Shown: positions 58,477-64,000 of the stretch, piece after piece
Position numbering within the stretch: position 1 is the stretch's first letter
Layout of the letters: every line of letters begins with the position of its first letter
Assembly (NCBI RefSeq): GCF_009914755.1
Contig: NC_060926.1
DNA: 64,000 nt
Strand: one strand, 5' to 3'
From: the human T2T-CHM13v2.0 reference genome, Homo sapiens
Notes under the pieces: model-generated
Database searches by the model: none
Told to the model about the DNA's origin: nothing
Seen by the model: only the letters and a program-made list of their open reading frames with translations
Program-made: the position numbers and the translations under genes

Positions 58477-59514
58477 TTGCACCCTGCATATTCTCTTAGG
58501 TAACCAAACAAAGTAGTCGAAAAAATGTACTAGACCACATCTAGATAAGCTTACACTGAAGTAAGAAAAAATTTCTAGCAATGAAACTGATATCCTTCCT
58601 CCTTTTATTGACTGCTATGTAAAAAGCGTATTTTAGGTATCTAGGGAGAGATGAAATTAAATGACATGGCCCATACTGTCAAGGAGTTTACAGTCTAGTA
58701 GGAGAAATAAGACAAGAATATGTAACTAAACCATGGCATCAAAAAATGATCCTACATGTAGAAGGCTCCTAATCTCAAAGGCAGGAAAAGTGAGCAAAAG
58801 GGGGACAGACGAAGTTCACAGAGGATATGGACCTTAAAGGACAAAACTTAGCTAGAGGTACAGCAAAGGCAAGGGTAGAATACATAAGGTACATGCAGGA
58901 CACAGAGTAAATATGTCTGAGGAAAATTTAGAACAGAAAAGAAAGCACTGGAAAACATACTAATGTTTAACAATGAAGAGTACTGAGTACCAGGCAGAAA
59001 ATGGAATTCCCAGGAAGGCACGAATGTTTTACAAGAGGCAGTAACATAATCAAATGCAATGACCCTCAAGCAATGATACATCTAATTTCTCAAAGGCCAT
59101 ATCACAACTAAAGGTGATATGCCAAATATGTGGTCCTATGGAATAACAGCAATACTCATGGACCTTAAGTCCTTGTCCCATACCAGGCTACGAAGGTATT
59201 ATTGCTTCCTATTTAATAACTGTATGCTTATGTGTTATCTTTTTGTTTTATAGTTAGTATAGTACAAAATTGAATATTCACTGCAATGTTCAGCTACTGG
59301 TAGATTTTTATTTGTGTGTATTTTCAAACCATGGCAATAATATATACGTCTAAATAATACTATGATGCTGATAAAACTTAAGTTAGAAATTTAACAAAAT
59401 ACACATAATTATTTTCTGTTTTGTGAAAAATAGACTTTTAACCCCTCTATGGTATAGGAAACCAAGTACTGGGGCAGATCACTAAGTGATATAATTGTGG
59501 TTAAGAATCACTGC

Positions 59515-59785
59515 TCCTATAATCCCAGCCCTTTGGGAGGCCGAGGCGGGCGGATCGCTTGAGTACAGGAGTTTGAGACCAGCCTGGGCAATGTGGCGAA
59601 ACTCCTGTCTCTGCAAAAAATACAAAAATTAACTGGGTGTGGTGGAACGTGTATGTAGTCCCAGCTACTCAGGAGGCTGAGGTGGAGAATTGATTGAGCC
59701 TGAGAGATGGAGGGTCCAGTGAGCCTTGATAGTGCCACTGCACTCCAGCCTGGGCAACAGAGTGAGACTGTCTCAAACAAAGAAA
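59515..59785 (+). mobile_element. AluJb-like, 5'-truncated
   Basis: Starts at cctataatcccagc; TSD aagaa.cactgctc. Confidence 0.93.
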
Positions 59786-60138
59786 AGAACCACTGCTCTT
59801 AAAGGAAGAAACTGGAAGAAGACTGTAACAGTTATTCTCAAAAATCTTCTAGTGTGCAGATGATTCCCAGCCCTCTCCTTGATTCTGGATTACTAGGGAG
59901 AAGCCTGAGATTCTGCATTTTAAAGCAAACATATGTCTGAGACAAGTGATTACAGGGTCACACTGATCAGAAAAAGAGAGCCCCAGCAACAATTTATTAG
60001 TAAGGGCAGTTAAATGGTAGTGAAAATAGAATAAGGCAAAAAAAGAAGAGAAGTACTTCCAGAAAAGACTGATAGAACTTGATGACAGATAATAGCAATA
60101 ATATAAGGCAAATCAATTTTATTAATTAAAAATAAATA

Positions 60139-60521
<383 letters not shown>

Positions 60522-60630
60522 TTAGAAAGCTGATCCAAAAAAAAAGTTTTTCCATTTAGAGTACAAAACTACTCTATTTAACCACATAGACTGTTTAAAA
60601 AGAAACAGAAATGAAACTTTTAAAACGTGG

Positions 60631-60984
60631 TGGTACAATTTGGCTGTGTCCCCAACCAAATCTCATCTTGAATTGTAGTACCCACAATCCTCATGTGTGG
60701 TGGGAGGGACCTGGTGGGAGGTAATTGAATCATGGGAGTGGTTACCCCCATTCTGTTCTTGTGATAGTGAGTTCACACAAGATGTGATGGTTTTATAAGG
60801 GGCTTTTCCCTTTACTCATTCTGTCTCCTGCCGCCCTGTGAAGAGGTGCCTTCCACCATGCTTGTAAGTCTCCTGAGGCCTCCTCAGCCTCATGCAGAAC
60901 TGTAAGTCAATTAAACCTATTTTCTTTATAAATTACCCAGTCTCGGGTATTTTCTTCATAGCAGCATGAGAATAGACTAATACA
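60631..60984 (+). mobile_element. THE1 (C-like) MaLR solo LTR
   Basis: tttggctgtgtcccca.ccaaatctcatcttgaattgta...taaattacccagtctcgggta...gactaataca. Confidence 0.93.
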
Positions 60985-61072
60985 CACAGCATTTAATAAA
61001 GTTTCAATTTATCCTATGCTCTGACTTTCTCCCATATGGACAAGGTTAGAAGGTTAGAGTTGGCACTACGCA

Positions 61073-61135
61073 ATACCATTCTGCATAGTGCAGAATGGAT
61101 ACCATTCTGCATAGTGCAGAATGGATACCATTCTG
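61073..61135. repeat. 2.4 tandem copies of a 26-bp self-complementary unit
   Basis: (ataccattctgcatagtgcagaatgg)x2 followed by ataccattctg. Confidence 0.95.
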
Positions 61136-61539
61136 TTTTATGTTTGGTGATCCCACGAAACGGTTTAATTTTCACAAACAATAAGCTTCACCACATATTT
61201 AATGAAGAGGAAACATTTTTATTACAATTCTGGTAATGAAATTTCATCAGAATTATACTGCTCTAACTCTCATAATAGTGTGATGTTTTAAACCAGTATT
61301 ATGAAGTATTACCAAGATGAGATAAATGTATTTTCCAGTCAAGAATCAAAGTAAATAGGTTCTTAAAATTTTTTAAGTGTAAAATTTCACAGGTATTTTC
61401 TCCCCTCTCCAAATTCACAGAATTATCAATAACAATTTCAAGTTTATCACTGATAGGTAGAGATTTGTTGTTCAGGCATTTATCTATACTCTCTTCTAGC
61501 TCCCCAACTACTGCTTAGGAATTTATGTAACTTCAGGTA

Positions 61540-61945
61540 AGATTATTTTATCTGCTCACAGTGACTACTGAAGGATTGATTGGGCATGTGACTTAAGCTG
61601 GTCCAATGGAGGAAATTTCAAAATTTATTGCAAGACTTGAACAAAGTCAGTCTTTTTCCTCTGACAGATGTGAACTAAAAACCACATGGCCAGTGAAATG
61701 CAGGAAGCCATGTTACAACCATGAGAGGAATCAGCCAAAAGATGAGTAAAGCTGGCCAAAAGGTAGAGTAGAGACAGAAAGAAATTAAGACCTTAGGGAA
61801 AGTTCTGAGTCAGTGCACTGATCATGTATTGCATGAAACCATGTATCTTATCTTCTCAGTAACTGCAAGCCAATATATAGACTATCTTTATTTTCTAAGC
61901 CATTTTGAACTGGAATTCTACTGTAACTGAAAGTATTACAACTCA
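61540..61945 (+). mobile_element. Old ERVL-type LTR relic (LTR33/LTR16-like)
   Basis: gggcatgtgact.aagctggtccaat...gccatgtt.caaccatgag...taagcca.tttgaactgg. Confidence 0.55.
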
Positions 61946-62582
61946 TATATTACGCTTCCTACCTAAATAAAACATTGTAATAATGAGTATCTACTGTCCC
62001 ATATTTAAAATGGGATACAGCAAAAACAAGGGTGGAATGCATAAGGTATATTCAGAAAACAAATATGTTTAAGGAAAATACATCCAACTGACATAAGAGG
62101 TGAAAGAAAGGGTATGTTCAGGCCAACAACAGTCCTGTCTTCAGAAATTGTGAGTTCTGCCATTAACTTGCCCAAGGTCATATAGCTAACAACAATCTTT
62201 TTCAAAGGTTTCTTCGTTTCCAAACACTGATAATATGTACTGAAAAACACTGTGAAGCGAAATTTCTGACACAAAGATGGTATAGAACGAATGTTGATCC
62301 TATTCCTGCCTTTGCTGGAGAGTCCACGCCAAAGAAATTCTTGTTCCCTTTCATCTAACCAAAGTCTTTCCAGTTAAAGTTTTCTTCCTTAAATGTAAAA
62401 TAATTTGTTTAAATAATGTTTAAGCGCTTATCATATGCAAGAGTATCACCTATCAAAGGACCGGATTAGCTTATCAAATTAAATAATTTCAGTAACAGAG
62501 ACAAAAAGAAACACACTTTATAAGAATGAGAATGCCGTTCCTCTATTCATTGTCTAGCAAATGATTTACCATTCATAACTCA

Positions 62583-62887
<305 letters not shown>

Positions 62888-64000
62888 CCTCAAATGTCAC
62901 CTCCTATTCCTTATTAGAAGATAGTATCTGATAAATTTGTAACTAATTGATGAACATTTAATTTTTGACCTAATTCAGAACATTTCAATTCACATACTAA
63001 AAATAAGCCAAAGTATTTACAAGTGGGACCAAAATTTACCACCTGCAGAGGAAGAAAATATGATAGAGCCTCTGAGAAGCAGTTTCTTAGACAGAACAGA
63101 TACCAGATTTGAGCAAGCAGATACAAGAAGACAAGGAAGCTCTCCTTAGAAACCCAACTGTGGGAGTCGCAGTACTGGTTCACATACTTGGGAAACATGA
63201 TCTGAACATGAACTCTCAACAGCAATAACAACAAAGATTGGCAGCCAATTCAAATTCCTTCTGTGTATCACAGATCTAGGTAAATGTTTACTTGAATGGG
63301 TCTCTGATTTCCTAGAAGAAAGTCATTTCTATTACTACTATAGCACCGTGCAATAGTGTTTTTTGTCATTTTGCTAAGTATTGCCATTTATATGATTTTA
63401 AATATCTACAAAATTCTGTTCTGTAATAACACAGATGTCTACAAAATTTATCTAAGTGAAAATCATAACTATTATCTTTAAAGTATGGGGGCACAAAAAT
63501 GCAGCAGATTGTATTTCTTGTACTGTTGATTTACCCAACTACTACTCCACCTTATGGCCCCAAATTACCCTGCTAAAAGATTGTATTAACTTCTTTAGGG
63601 TAATTTAATAAGGGGCCTTCTTTATGGGAAAAATATTTTTAAGTTCCCCTTCTTTCTCCTATAACCCCCGTTTAGTTAAGAATTCACTTAATGTCTACTT
63701 TTGTAATAGTGTCATAATAATTGTTATGCAAGATAAAGATTAACTAACATTAAAAGGAGTCAACAATTATGTCTTAAAGAAATTTTGAGTAAACTGAAAA
63801 AGAAGAGAGGGAAAGAACCCACAAGTCAACACAACATTTAGCCTATCCCCAGCAAAAAAAAAAAAGTGTCCCATTAGACATCAGTAAATATAAACTAGTT
63901 ACAATTTAGTCACTATCATACTGGACTGAATCTTTTACATCTTCTTCAATTCATCCTCAAAGACTACATGAGAGATAGGACTCTGGCACAAGTAAATTCA

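Noticed and set aside
61073-61135. CRISPR-like palindromic repeat array
   Set aside because: The units are directly tandem with no unique spacers, there are no cas genes, and the context is a primate intron.
62914-63234. 106-aa minus-strand ORF as an extra exon or retrogene
   Set aside because: No recognisable protein similarity and no poly-A or TSD; composition looks non-coding.

Overview
AT-rich, Alu-dense primate genomic DNA (human or a close great ape). The whole window lies inside the OLA1 gene (Obg-like ATPase 1, YchF family) on the minus strand. Three coding exons are present with canonical AG/GT boundaries: 38549-38724 (176 nt), 20322-20402 (81 nt) and 19907-20004 (98 nt). They splice in frame to [17 protein letters not shown]...KPEY / DIMCKVK...WNDKE / IEVLNKH...KNKW, which I recall as exons 5-7. 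The rest is intron: about 27 Alu/FLAM copies, L1/L2/MIR relics, five MaLR solo LTRs, hAT MITEs and a full-length Tigger1 with both ends. Between them are several long transposon-poor blocks that look like conserved enhancers; OLA1 introns are known to host ultraconserved elements. None of the ORF-track ORFs is a gene: they are Alu, L1, Tigger1 or random. I found no prokaryotic-type system (no CRISPR, operon, tRNA or rRNA) and cannot claim a new biological system. The best leads are the intronic enhancer cluster, a 59-bp near-perfect direct repeat 905 bp apart, several templated duplication or fold-back scars, an Alu with 42 extra 5' bases inside its TSD, and candidate circRNA and cryptic-exon architecture. 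Repeat subfamily names and boundaries are by eye.
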